Assembly (NCBI RefSeq): GCF_036365525.1
Contig: NC_090404.1
Span: forward strand, 9,300,001 to 9,364,000
DNA from: Heterodontus francisci
Lineage: Eukaryota
Length of the DNA: 64,000 nucleotides
Direction: 5' to 3'
The notes under the pieces were generated by a model that worked only from the letters and a program-made list of their open reading frames with translations, did no database searches and was not told the origin of the DNA. This document shows, piece by piece, positions 1 through 11,766 of the stretch (the first letter of the stretch is position 1; each line of letters starts with the position of its first letter). Position numbers and translations under genes: made by a program.

Positions 1-57
1 TACAGGTTCCTATCAGGTAATCTCTGCATATCTACTTTTCTCTCCTGTGCTTATTCC

Positions 58-265
58 TTTGTGAGGTACAGTTCCACAAGCTCCATCCATCCTATAAGGA
101 GAGGGTTGTTCAGACGGCCCTGAATGTATTGAATCATTTGAGAGGTACAGTTCCACATGCTCCATTCATTCGGTAAGGAAAGGGTTATTCAGACTGTCAT
201 GAATGTGTTGATTTATTTGTGAGGTACAGTTCCACATGCTCCATTCATTCGATAAGGAAAGGATT
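58..265. repeat. ~80-bp tandem repeat, about 2.6 copies
   Basis: gaggtacagttccaca(a/t)gctccat recurs at about 63, 142 and 221. Confidence 0.8.
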
Positions 266-315
266 TTACTGAATTCGAACACCCAGCGCCAGGTCTGCCC
301 CTTTAGAGTAAATTA

Positions 316-470
316 AAATAAAAGCAAAATGTTGCAGATGCTGGAAATCTGAAATAAAACCAAAAGAGTTCTGGAAATACTCAGCAGTTCTGATGCAAGG
401 TCACTGACCTGAAACGTTAACTTTGCTTCTCTCTCCACAGATGCTTCCAGACCTGCTGAGTACTTTCTGC
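316..470. mobile_element. Penelope-like element terminal/hairpin-derived repeat
   Basis: aaagcaaaat..gatgctggaaatctgaaat followed by the inverted ..acgttaact..ctctccacagatgct..agacctgctgagt; the same motif ends the PLE at about 19140-19280. Confidence 0.65.
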
Positions 471-619
471 CCCTTTACAGAGTCATTATCACAAAGGGAT
501 GGGATTCCCCTCAATTCCCTCCACAAGGAGGAGAGGAATAAGCTGATCATTAGACAACTGACAAGTCCAGATATAAACCATTGGCGAATGGAGCAGCGAA
601 TCAATAAACTACCTCTTTA

Positions 620-1080
620 CATTTGTGGAGTGCCACAGGGATCAGTGTTGGGGCATCAACTATTTACAATTTATATCAATGACATGAATGAAGGGACCGA
701 ATGTATGGTTGCTAAATTTTCTGATGACACAAAGATCGGAAGGAAAGCAAGTTGTAAAGAGGACAAAAGCAGTCTGTAAAGAGATATAGATAGGTTAAGT
801 GAGTGGACCACTTTGGCAGGGAGAATAGTAAAGTGGTATATTATTTAAATGGAGAGAGATTGCAGGACTCTGAGGGTCAGAAGGATTTGGGTGTCTTACT
901 GCATAAATCACAAAAGGTTGGTCTGCAGATACATCAAGTGATTAGGAAGGCAATTGGAATTTTGTCTTTATTGCAAGGGGAATGGAATATAAAACTAAAG
1001 ATTTTTGCTACAGTTATATAGGGTATTGGCGAGACGACATCAGCAGTACTGTGTACATGTTTTGTCTCCTTATTTCAGAA
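620..1080 (+). mobile_element. CR1 LINE reverse-transcriptase fragment
   Basis: GVPQGSVLG..LFTIYIND..KFSDDTKIG, with frameshifts and stops. Confidence 0.85.
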
Positions 1081-2730
1081 AGGGAGACCAACCCTGATTC
1101 AATGAAGAGTGCAGGAGAGCATGCCAGCAGCAGCACCAGGCATACCTCAAAATGAGGTGTCAACCTGGTGAAGCTACAACCCAGGACTACTTGCATGCCA
1201 AACAGTATATGCTGCATGCGATAGACAGAGCTAAGCGATCCCATAAGCAACGGATCAGATCTAAGCTCTGCTGTGCTGCCACATCCAGCCGTGAATGGTG
1301 GAGGACAATTAAACAACTAACTGGAGGAGGTGGCTCCACAAATATCCCCATCCTCAATGATGGGGGAGCCCAGCACATCAGTGCAAAGATAATGCTGAAG
1401 CATTTGCAACAATCTTCAGCCAGAAGTGCCGAGTTGATGATCCACCTCGGCCTCCTCCTGTAGTCCCCAGCATCACAGATGCCAGACTTCAGCCAATTCG
1501 ATTCACTCCACATGATATCAAGAAATGACTGAAGACACTGGATACTGCAAAGGCTATGGGCCCTGACAATATTCCAGCAATAGTACTGAAGGCTTGTGCT
1601 CCAGAACTTGCCGTGCCCTTAGCCAAGCTGTTCCTGTACAGCTACAGCACTGGCATCTACCCGGCAATGTGGAAAATTGCCCAAGTATATCCTATGCACA
1701 AAAAGCAGGACAAGTCCAACCAGGCCAATTACCGCCACATCAGTCTACTCTCAATCATCAGTAAAGTGGTGGAAGGTGTCATTGACAGTGCTGTCAAGCG
1801 CTAAGCAATAACCTGCTAAGTGACGTTCAATTTGGGTTCGCCAGGGCCACTTAGCTTCTGGCCTTATTTCAGCCTTGGTTCAAACATGAACACAAGAGCT
1901 GAATTCAAGAGGTGAGGTGAGAGTGATTGCCCTTGACATCTAGACAACATTTGACAGATTATGGCATCAAGGAGCCCTAGCAAAACAAATGTCAATGGGA
2001 ATCAGGGGAACACTCTCCGCTGGTGGGAGTCATAACTAGCGCAAAGGAAGATGGTTGTGATTGTTGGAGGTGAATCATCTCAGCTCCAGGACATCACTGC
2101 AGGAGTTCCTCAGGGTAGTGTCCTAGGCCCAACTATCTTCAGCAGCTTCATCAATGACCTTCCTTCAATCCATAAGGTCAGAAGTGCAGATGTTCGCTGA
2201 TGATTGCACAATGTTCAGCACCATTCGTGACTCCTCAAATACTGAAGCAGTCCATGTAGAAATGCAACAAGACCTGGACAATATCCAGGCTTAGGCTGAT
2301 AAGTAACATTCGTGCCACACAAGTGCTAGGCAATGACCATCTCCAACAGGAGAGAACCTAACCATCTCCCCTTGGCATTCAATGGCATTACCATCGCTGA
2401 ATCCCCCACTATCAACATCCTAGCGGCTACCATTCACCAGAAACTGAACTGGAGTAGCCATATAAATACTATGGCTACAAGAGCAGGCCAGAGGCTAGGA
2501 ATCCTGAGGCTAGTAACTCATCTCCTGACTCCCCAAAGCTTGCCCACCATCTACAAGGCACAAGTCAGGAGTGTGATAGAATACTCTCCACTTGCCTGGA
2601 CGGATGCAGCTCCAACAACACTCAAGCAGCTCAACACCATCCAGAACAAAGCAACCCAATTGATTGGCACCAAATCTACAAACGTTCACTCCCTCCACCA
2701 CCGACGCACAGTGGCAGCTGTGTGTATCTA
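1081..2730 (+). mobile_element. CR1/L2-group non-LTR retrotransposon, degenerate ORF2
   Basis: MGPDNIPAIVLK..ELAVPLAKLF, NYRHISLLSIISKV, YKAQVRSVIEY; multiple disablements. Confidence 0.85.
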
Positions 2731-2739
2731 TTATTAAAC

Positions 2740-3620
2740 TGTGTCCCCGAGTACTAGTCTCTCCCACAAGGGGAAACAGCCTTTCAACATCCACCCTGTC
2801 AATTCCCCTCTATATCTAACATTTTTTCAATAGGTTCACCTCTCATTCTTCTAAACTCCAATGGATACAGACCCAACCTGTCCAACCTTTCTTCATAAGA
2901 TAACCTCACCCCAGGCGCCCCATCCCAGGTATCAGTCGTGTGAATGGTCTCTGCACAGCCTTTAACGTTTTTTAAAAATTCATTCATGTGATGTGGGCAT
3001 CGCTGGCCAGGCCATCATTTATTGTCCATTCCTAATTACCTTTGAGAAGGTGGTGGTGAGCTGCTTTCTTGAAGTCCATGTGAGGTAGGTACACCCACAG
3101 TGCTATTAGGAAGAGAGTTCCAGGATTTTGACCCAGCGACAGTGAAGGAATGGTGATTTCGTTCCAAGTCAGGATACTGTGTGACTGGGAGGGGAACTTG
3201 CAGGTGGTGGTGTTCCCATCCATTTGTTGCCCTTGTCCTTCTAGTTGGTAGAGGTCACGGGTTTGGAAGGTGCTGTCTAAGGAGCCTTGGTGCGTTTCTT
3301 CAATGCATCTTGATTATAATAAGGGGTCGCCCATTTAAGACAGAGATGAGGATTTTTTTTTTTCTCAGAGGGTTGTGAGTCTTTGGAATTCTCTTCCCCA
3401 GCGAGTGGTAGAGGGAGGGTCATTGAATATTTTTAAGGCTGACGTAGATGAATTCTTGACTAGTACGGGAGTCAAAGAGTAGCGGGGGCACGGGGTCGGG
3501 AGGAAAGTGGTGTTGAGGCCACAATCAGATCAGCCATGATATTATAGAATGGTGGAGTAGGTTCGAAGGAGCCGAATGGCCTCCTCCTCTTCCTAATTCG
3601 TAAGTTCGTATGTTCGTATG
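2740..3620. mobile_element. Mosaic of CR1 3' fragments (2740-2910 minus, 3315-3620 plus) and a CR1/L2-group 3' end (2975-3310 minus)
   Basis: LSYEERLDRLGLYPLEFRRMRG; tail tcattcatgtgatgtgggcatcgctggccaggcc shared with other copies. Confidence 0.75.
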
Positions 3621-3793
3621 TACGTCGCGTGTACAATATCCAGTTCCAGCCAATCCAAGAACAGCAAACCCACGTGACTGAGACTTTGGTTGACGCTGAC
3701 TTTAATATGCCGACTGTTCAGTGTCTTCACTCGGTTCGTATTCTTCTGCTGCGAACAGTGTCGCGTTTCCTTCCTGAAATGTTAATTACAAGG

Positions 3794-4228
3794 ATGTATT
3801 ACTCGGTACAAATGAATCTATTATCCGTCATTTTGACGCTGCTAACATGTAGGTACAGGAGCCGTATTCAATAACCCGCGGTGATTCTTTTTTTTATTCA
3901 CGTTGCTTCAGCGTTTAATGATCTGAATGCTTTTACAGGTCGATGCCTCTCGGACCGAGTGTTCCAGTCTCCGGCTGCGCGAACAGTCCAGAGCGGGGAT
4001 TCGGTGCAGCTGAACTGCAGCTATGAAATGTCGAGCATTTACGGCATGCATTGGTACAAACAGAAATCCGGTCACGGACTGGAGTGGGTCATAAGGCGAG
4101 CATCAGCTGGGAGGGAGAGAAGTGGGCGATTTAAATTGGATCTTTCCACTGCGGCCAAACGCGGCCAACTGGTTATTGAAAACACGGAGAGCGCGGATAT
4201 GGCGGTGTATTACTGTGCGATAGAGCCG
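3794..4228 (+). CDS. TRAV/DV: TCR V segment V1, apparently functional (leader 3794 or 3812 to 3848, V exon 3939-4228)
   Basis: Phase-1 GT at 3849 and ttttacAG at 3938; DRVFQSP..LNCSY..MHWYKQ..DMAVYYCAIEP; RSS cacagtg 4229-4235, 23-bp spacer, acaaaaaca 4259-4267. Confidence 0.92.
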
Positions 4229-4289
4229 CACAGTGAGAGGAAACGCGGCAGTCACTGTACAAAAACATTCCTCCTGTTTACAGTTCCGG

Positions 4290-4380
4290 AACAGCTGCAG
4301 CAATCTCTATAATAACACAGGGCAGGCAAAGGCGGGTCGGAGTGAGAGCAGCAAATGGAGGCTGTGAGCGGGGCTGCCGC
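4290..4380 (-). promoter_or_regulatory. Orphan copy of the type-A V upstream (promoter) module, antisense to V1
   Basis: Homologous to 5672-5755 upstream of the V2 leader (gcaatctct..aataacacagggcag..aaaggcgggtcggagtgaga); no leader follows. Confidence 0.7.
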
Positions 4381-4589
4381 GGGCAGGATTATTGCAGAGT
4401 CTGTCTCTATAATTCCCATTGGATAGCGGGTTTGATCAGAGATACTGACGGTCACAGCATAAAGTATCCGACTGAGGAGCCAGTCACTCCGCGAGTGTAG
4501 TCTTTGCTGTGAGAATAGCTTCAACATTGCTCAGTTGTGGGATTATATTCAATGATGCCGAATCGGTCTCTACACAGAATGTTTAATTT

Positions 4590-4830
4590 TTGTTTATTCC
4601 TTTATGGAGGTGGGTGTCGCTGGCAAGGCCAGCATTTGTTGCCCATCCCTATTTGCCCTCGAAAACTGAGTGACTTGCTTGGCCATTTCAGAGGGCAGTT
4701 CAGAATCGACCACATTGCTGTGGGTCTGGAGTCAGATATGGACCAGACCAGGTAAGGACGGCAGATTTCCTTCCCTAAAGGACATTAGTGAACCAGATGG
4801 GCTTCTACAACAATCGATGATAGTTTCATT
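4590..4830 (-). mobile_element. Shark SINE fragment (possibly SacSINE1/DeuSINE-like)
   Basis: ccacattgctgtgggtctggagtca..ggtaaggacggcagatttccttccctaaaggac, also at about 46465-46540; tail shared with the CR1/L2-group LINE. Confidence 0.55.
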
Positions 4831-5010
4831 ACTGACAGATGTAGCTGATATTGTGATTTAACATTAGAAAATGACAAATATTCTAAATAATTATTTTGCT
4901 TCGATTTTCACACTTCACCGCCCTTATAACTGACTTCAGCTGGCGGCGCTTACGATCTACATAGCGGCGGGAGTTCCTGTACGAGCATTTACCTGATTTC
5001 CATCAGTGTG

Positions 5011-5562
5011 AGCCTCAGGGCGCAGTAATAAACTGCAGTGTCGGTCAGCTGCAGCCCTGAGATGGTTAAACTGGTGAATTTTGCCAAGCGGTCGAGTTGT
5101 GCTGAGAAGCGGATTTTGGCAAACTCTGCTTTATCTTCAGAACCACTTGCGTATTTCATCAGAATAAACTCAGGTTGTGTGTCTGGCTGTTGCCGGTACC
5201 AGTACAAATTATAGCTGCCGCCCCGTGTAGTATTATAGGTACAGTTTAAAGTGACCGCTTGTCCTTCTGTCTTAACACCTGAGGACAGCGGCTGAGTGAC
5301 AGAATCTCCATGACTCAGATCTGAAAAACATGTTCAAACAGGAAAGGATCAAACACACAGATGTTTAATATTCAGGTTCAAAACTTGTCGGAAAAGAGAA
5401 TAAGATTCGAAATGGGTTTGACCCAACTTTGACCCAACTTCGCCGTTTACAAACAATAATATGTAGGTTACAGCAGTCAGCCGGAGAATGGATTTTTACT
5501 GGGCCAAAATACTTACTGAGAAGTGATATAGTTACGAGGAATAGATAGAGACGGTTCCGCAT
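5011..5562 (-). CDS. TRAV/DV: TCR V segment V2 (leader 5562-5517 MRNRLYLFLVTISLL, V exon 5320-5011), open frame, weak RSS
   Basis: SHGDSVTQPL..LNCTY..LYWYRQQP..DTAVYYCALR; heptamer cacactg 5010-5004, 23-bp spacer, nonamer acaggaact 4980-4972. Confidence 0.92.
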
Positions 5563-5819
5563 GATGCTCCCTGAGTCTTTAACTCTGCAGTCCGGGAAAT
5601 CTTGCGCCGTAGCTGAATAACAGATCCCCGCCCCACTGCACTGCTGAACCAACCAGTGCTATCAGGGAACCGCGGCAGCTGCAATCTCTCCAATAACACA
5701 GGGCAGACAAAGGCGGGTCGGAGTGAGAACTGCAAACGGAAGCTGTGGGTGGGCCTGTAACAGGCAGTGTTATCACATGCAGAATCCGTTTGTGAGGAAC
5801 TGTTTCGCTGCCCTCACTT

Positions 5820-6380
5820 CAAAGAACAAAGAACAAAGAACAGTACAGCACAGGAACAGGCCATTCGGCCCTCCAAGCCTGCGCCGATCTTGATGCCTGT
5901 CTAAACTAAAACCTTCTGCACTTCCGGGACCGTATCCCTCTATTCCCATCCTATTCATGTATTTGTCAAGATGCCTCTTAAACGTCGCTATAGTACCTGC
6001 TTCCACCACCTCCCCCGGCAACAAGTTCCAAGCACTCACCACCCTCTATGTAAAGAACTTGCCTCGCACATCCCCTCTAAACTTTGCCCCTCGCACCTTA
6101 AACCTATGTCCCCTAGTAACTGACCCTTCCACCCTGGGAAAAAGTCTCTGACTATCCACTCTATCTATGCCTCTCATCATCTTGTACCCCTCTATCAAGT
6201 CTCCTCTCATCCTTCTTCGCTCCAATGAGAAAAGCCCTAGCTCCCTCAATCTTTCTTCGTAGGACATGCCCTCCAGTCCAGGCAGCATCCTGGTAAATCT
6301 CCTCTGCACCCTCTCTAAAGCTTCCACATCCTTCCTATAATGAGGCGACCAGAACTGAACACAATATTCCAAGTGTGGTC
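5820..6380 (-). mobile_element. CR1 LINE 3' end with (AAAGAAC)n tail
   Basis: EYCVQFWSPHYRKDVEALERVQRRFTRMLPG; heptameric tail at 5820-5842. Confidence 0.9.
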
Positions 6381-6810
6381 GCCTTATATTAAGTGGTTGA
6401 ATGGATTATTCTGATAATTTATTTGTAATTCCACTAACGGAACCCTCTGGAACCAGAGGTATTGGATTTAAGGTGAAGCTAGATAAGTAGATGAGGGAGA
6501 CAGAATTAGAAAGAGATGAAGTAAGGTGGGAGAGATTCGTGTGTAGCACAAACACTAGCACAAACTAGTTGGCCGAATGGCCTGTTCATGTGCATACATT
6601 CTATGTAATTTTCCAATCTAATCCTTCAAGTTCCCAGCGACAAGGATTGCATCCGCCTCTGCACCGGGCTGGTAAACAGGACAGGCCCCAGAGAGGAAAA
6701 GGAAACCCTTTAAAATTCAGGACCAAGCACATTCCTCTCACATCGAACCACCGGCTTCATTGTTTCTTGAATTCTCCAGTTTATTGACATTTATTTTAAT
6801 TTTTCTGCAG

Positions 6811-6914
6811 TTAAAGATCTGCAGGAGCCATCTGTGTCTGTCCTCCTGCCCTCGGCAGAAGAAGCCTCCGCTCAGAGGTTCCTCTCCCCCACCTGCTTAG
6901 TGAGAGGTTTTTCG
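6811..6914 (+). pseudogene. IGHM: Immunoglobulin mu heavy-chain CH4 exon, 5' fragment with intact splice acceptor
   Basis: ttttaatttttctgcAG then (V)[34 protein letters not shown], matching my recall of shark IgM Cmu4 ([35 protein letters not shown]); truncated by a satellite. Confidence 0.82.
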
Positions 6915-6919
6915 CTCTC

Positions 6920-7165
6920 CATCATCCCATCAAGCACTCCCAGGACAGAGACAGCACAGGCTAGGGATAGAGTAAAGCTGCCTCGACACTAGCTCACCAA
7001 ACACTCCCACAGCAGACACAGCAGGGGTTAGATACAGAGTACAGCTCCCTGTACACTGTCCCATCAAATACTCCTAGGACTGATCCAGCATGGGTGAAAG
7101 ACATGGTAAAGCTCCCTATAAACGCATTAAACGCTTCCAGGACAGGCGTGGCACGGGTTAGATAT
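6920..7165. repeat. ~65-bp shark satellite-like tandem repeat
   Basis: ccatcaaacactcccagga..cagcacggggttagatacagagtaaagctcc units; same family as 15200-15600. Confidence 0.75.
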
Positions 7166-7184
7166 ATAACAGACACACATGACA

Positions 7185-7560
7185 GGCATAAACCCTGGGA
7201 ATGATTCCGAGAGACTGGTGCATATCTGACAAAATATAACATCGAGCACAAGATCTGGGAATTATTCCAATAGCCTGGGGACATCTGAAACAACGGGAAG
7301 CACAAACCCTGGGAATGATCCCACAGCCCTTGGGCCTATCTAATACACCAAGGAAGACAACCCCTGGGAATGATCCCACAGCCCTGGGGCACATCTAATA
7401 CACCAAGGAAGACAACCCCTGGGAATGATTTCTAAAGCCTGAAGCCTATGTGACAAACATGGAGGCAGACTGTCTGGGTTGATTCCCAGAGCCTGTGGCC
7501 TAACAGACACAACAGAGAGCACAAACCGTGGGAATGTTTCCAGGAGACTGAGGCCAATCT
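7185..7560. repeat. ~55-60-bp tandem repeat
   Basis: accctgggaatgat(c/t)cc..agcc recurs about 7 times. Confidence 0.8.
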
Positions 7561-7898
7561 GATGCAGTGACTCTATCTTTGCATTTTCGGTTCTACACAC
7601 AACTCACAATCTCCATTTCTTCCGTCAGACACACACACACACACACATTCTCTCTACTTTTCTGTTCTACACATGCCCACCATCTGCTTCTACCTTTTCT
7701 GCTATACCCATTATCCCTGCTCCTCTGATAAATGTTTCCCTGGTGATCTCTGTTCCGCTCCATTCCCTCTGATACCATCTCGTTGATCAGCATCCCAGGG
7801 ATCCTCTCTCCCTGCTATATTCCCTCTGATACAATCTCCCAGAACTCACTGAACATCGTCCTAGGGATTGCCTCTCCCTGCTCCCTTACTGAACATAT

Positions 7899-8255
7899 GG
7901 GCGGCACAGTGGCGCAGTGGTTAGCACCGCAGCCTCACAGCTCCAGTGACCCGGGTTCAATTCTGGGTACTGCCTGTGTGGAGTTTGCAAATTCTCCCTG
8001 TGTCTGCGTGGGTTTCCTCCGGGTGCTCCGGTTTCCTCCCACATGCCAAAGACTTGCAGGTTGATAGGTTAATTGGCCATTATAAATTTCCCCTAGTATA
8101 GGTAGGTGGTAGGGAAATATAGGGACAGGTGGGGATGTGGTAGGAATATGGGATTAGTGTAGGATTAGTAGAAATGGGTGGTTGATGGTCGGCACAGACT
8201 CGGTGGGCCGAAGGGCCTGTTTCAGTGCTGTATCTCTAAATTAAAATTTAAAAAA
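7899..8255 (+). mobile_element. tRNA-derived V-SINE (HE1-like)
   Basis: A box tggcgcagtggttagc, B box gggttcaattc, V-domain gtggagtttgca..ctccctgtgtctgcgtgggtttcctccgggtgctccggtttcctcccac. Confidence 0.85.
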
Positions 8256-10232
8256 ATATAACCCCAGGGATCCTCTCTGCCTCCTCCATTCACTCTCATC
8301 CCATCTACCTAAACTCCATACCAGGGATCTGCCTCTGAGCTTCAAATCTTCACGACCTGAAGTTTCTCTCCTGGCCACGGGAACATCGCCGGAGGTTTCT
8401 GTTCAGACCCGAGTGTCTTCGGTATTTTCCTTCTAATGCTGAGCCGCTTTTTATCTGAACTCAAGAAATTCAGGCACGGGGTCTCCTGTGACTGAATATC
8501 ACAAGGGAGGGATTTTTTTTATTCATTCATGGGATGTGGGCATCACTGGCCAGACCAGCATTTTGTTGCCCATCCCAAATTGCTCTTGAGAAGGTGGTGG
8601 TGAGCTGCCTTCTTGAACCGCTGCAGTCCATGGTATGAACGCTCCTTCTGAAGTGCTCGGCATGATAGTTGGGAATGGGTGGCGTTGATGTTAGAACTCT
8701 TTCCCTGCCAAACCTCTCTCCCCGCTTCTCCCTCACCACCATCATTCAGGGTCGCCCGGCCCTCGACATTACATTTATCTTTAGCCGCCATCACTGTGAC
8801 TCCCGGTCTCCATCCTTTCCCCAGACTCGCGCGGACACACTGGGTGCACGGCTCTTTAAGATGCAAGGATTGGCCCCATCGGTCACTGCCCTGAGTCAGG
8901 GGTAACATGGGCTGAATGTAACCTGGAGACGGTCCGTGACCCCCTGACCCTGAATCAATGGGGGAAAACATCCAATCACGGTGTAGTGACGTAAAGAAAG
9001 TAGTGTGGCGTCATCCACAACAGGGCAAACCGGCGTCCGCCATTTATGTGTGACGTCACACATTGCTCATGTTTGCCAGTCATTTAAAAGAACGACTCGA
9101 TTCAAAGGAAAACCGACTTCGGTTTCCATCAAAATAACAACTCAATCTTAATCTACAAAAGCGCAGGTTTGGTCAGCGCGAGTATAGAAAGAGCTGTGCT
9201 TAAACCGGCTGTGGGTGTGAGCATGTGCTGCTCGTGCCACAGATAGAGGCTCTTCCCAGCCGTTGTGAATTGTGGAAGCTCCAGCCCTCCATAGCCCAGT
9301 CATTAACAGAGTCAATCCAAACTCAACCTCCAGCCGATAGCGACCCGCATTGTTAATCCCGACAGACATAAAAGTGAGGTACAACCCCGGTTAAGCGACA
9401 ACACAGAACAACATGTGTGCTAAACAGCGGAAGCAGCATGCCATGGACAGAGATAAGCAATCCCACAACAAACGAATCAGATCAAAGCTCTGCAGTCCTG
9501 CCACATCCAATCGTGAATGGCGGTGAACAATTATAACCTGAGGAGGAGGCTCCAAAAACATCCTCATCCTCGAAGATGGAAAAGCCCAGCACAAGAACGC
9601 GAAAGACAAGTCTGAAATATTTACAGAGCCATTTTTAGCCAGAAATGCCTAGTGGCTGATTTATCTCAGCCTCCTCCTGAGGTTCGCAGCATCTCACAAG
9701 CCATTATTCAGCTAATTTGATTCACTCCACGTGATATCAAGAAATGGATGAAGGCATTTGAGACAGCAAAGTCTTTGGGCCCTTGCAACATCCCAGCTGT
9801 CGTACTGAAGACTTGTGCTCCAGAACTAGCCGCATCCGTAGCCAAGATATTAGCATCTACCCGACTATGTGGAAAATTGCACAGGTATGTCCTGTCCATA
9901 AAAAACAGGACACATCCAATCTGACTAATTATCGCCCCAGCAGTCCATTCTCAATCATCAGCAAAGTAATGGAAGGTGTCATTGACAGTGCTGTCAAGCG
10001 GCACTTTCTCAGAAATAACCTGCTCAACGATGCTACGTTTGAGTTCTGCCAGGGCCACTCGGCTCCAGTCCTCATGAAAGCCTGGATCCAAACATAGTCA
10101 AAGGAGGTGATTTCCACGGGTGAGGTGGCAGCATTTGACGGAGTGTGGCAGAAAAGAGCCCCAGTAAAATTGAAGTGAATGGGAATCAGGGGAAAGCTCT
10201 CTACTGGTTTTAGTCATATCTAGTACAAAGGT

Positions 10233-11304
10233 GTTCCGTGTCAGTGCGCCATTTTCCCACACTCTCTTGGCCAGTCTGGACATAGCAGTGGAAGCCTTAC
10301 CCATGCGCTTGTTGATTTCTGCATCTAGAGACAGGTTACTGGTGATAGTTGAGCCTAGGTAGGTGAACTCTTGAACCACTTCCAGAGCGTGGTTGCCAAT
10401 ATTGATGGATGGAGCATTTCTGACGTCCTGCCCCATGATGTTCGTTTTCTTGAGGCTGATGGTTAGGCCAAATTCATTGCAGGCAGCCGCAAACCTGTCG
10501 ATGAGACTCTGCAGGCACTCTTCAGTGTGAGATGTTAAAGCAGCATCGTCAGCAAAGAGGAGTTCTCTGATGAGGACTTTCCGTACTTTGGACTTCGTTC
10601 TTTGACGGGCAAGGTTGAACAACCTGCCCCCTGATCTTGTGTGGAGGAAAATTCCTTCTTCAGAGGATTTGAACGCATGTGAAACCAGCGAGGCCTGGAC
10701 AACGTATGCCAGCCAAGAGCGACGTCTCAATTCATTCCATCTTCGCTGCCTTCGGAGAATACTTGGCATCAAGTGGCAGGACTATATCTCCAACACAGAA
10801 GTCCTTGAAGCGGCCAACACCCCCAGCTTATACACACTACTGAGTCAGCGGCGCTTGAGATGGCTTGGCCATGTGAGCCGCATGGAAGATGGCAGGATCC
10901 CCAAAGACACATTGTACAGCGAGCTCGCCACTGGTATCAGACCCACCGGCCGTCCATGTCTCCGCTATAAAGACGTCTGCAAACGCGACATGAAATCGTG
11001 TGACATTGATCACAAGTCGTGGGAGTCAGTTGCCAGCATTCGCCAGAGCTGGCGGGCAGCCATAAAGACAGGGCTAAATTGTGGCGAGTCGAAGAGACTT
11101 AGTAGTTGGCAGGAAAAAAGACAGATGCGCAAGGGGAGAGCCAACTGTGCAACAGCCCCGACAAACAAATTTCTCTGCAGCACCTGTGGAAGAGCCTGTC
11201 ACTCCAGAATTGGCCTTTATAGCCACTCCAGGCGCTGCTTCACAAACCACTGACCACCTCCAGGCGCGTATCCATTGTCTCTCGATATAAGGAGGCCCAA
11301 AAGA
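10233..11304. mobile_element. RTE-clade LINE with 5' inversion (10233-10686 minus, 10686-11304 plus) and 11-bp TSD
   Basis: RELLFADDAAL..ISLKKTNIM..FTYLGS on minus; SEAWTTY..FHLRCLRRIL..RLRWLGHV and a CxxC..H..H zinc finger on plus; TSD agtacaaaggt at 10222-10232 and 11305-11315. Confidence 0.9.
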
Positions 11305-11766
11305 AGTACAAAGGTAGATGGCTGTGCTTGTTCGAGGCCAATCTTTCCAGCTCCAGGGTGTGTCCTAGGCCCAAACATCTTCTGCTGCTTCATCAATGAT
11401 CTTCCCTCCATCATTAAGTCAGAAGTGGCGATGTTCACTGATGATTGCAGTGTTGAGTACCATTCAACTCCTCTGATACTAAAGTAGTCTGTGCCCACAT
11501 GGAGCAAGACATGGATAACATTCAGGCTTGGGCTGATAAGTGGCAAGTGACTTTCGCGTACGCAAGTGCCAGGCAATGACCATCTCCAACAAGAGACAAT
11601 CTAGCCATCTCCCCTTGACATTCAATGGCATTACCATCGCTGACTGACCCACTATCAACATCCTGGGTGTTAAAATTGACCAGGAACCTAACTACTGGTC
11701 GAATAAATACGGTGGCTACAAGAGCAGGTCAAAGGCTGAGAATTCTGCGGAGAGTAACGCACCTCA

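Noticed and set aside
7185-7560. Tandem repeats next to the Cmu fragment as a switch region
   Set aside because: Not AGCT-rich, located 3' of the exon, and sharks lack canonical switch regions
7899-7975. tRNA gene
   Set aside because: It is the tRNA-derived head of a V-SINE and continues into the SINE body
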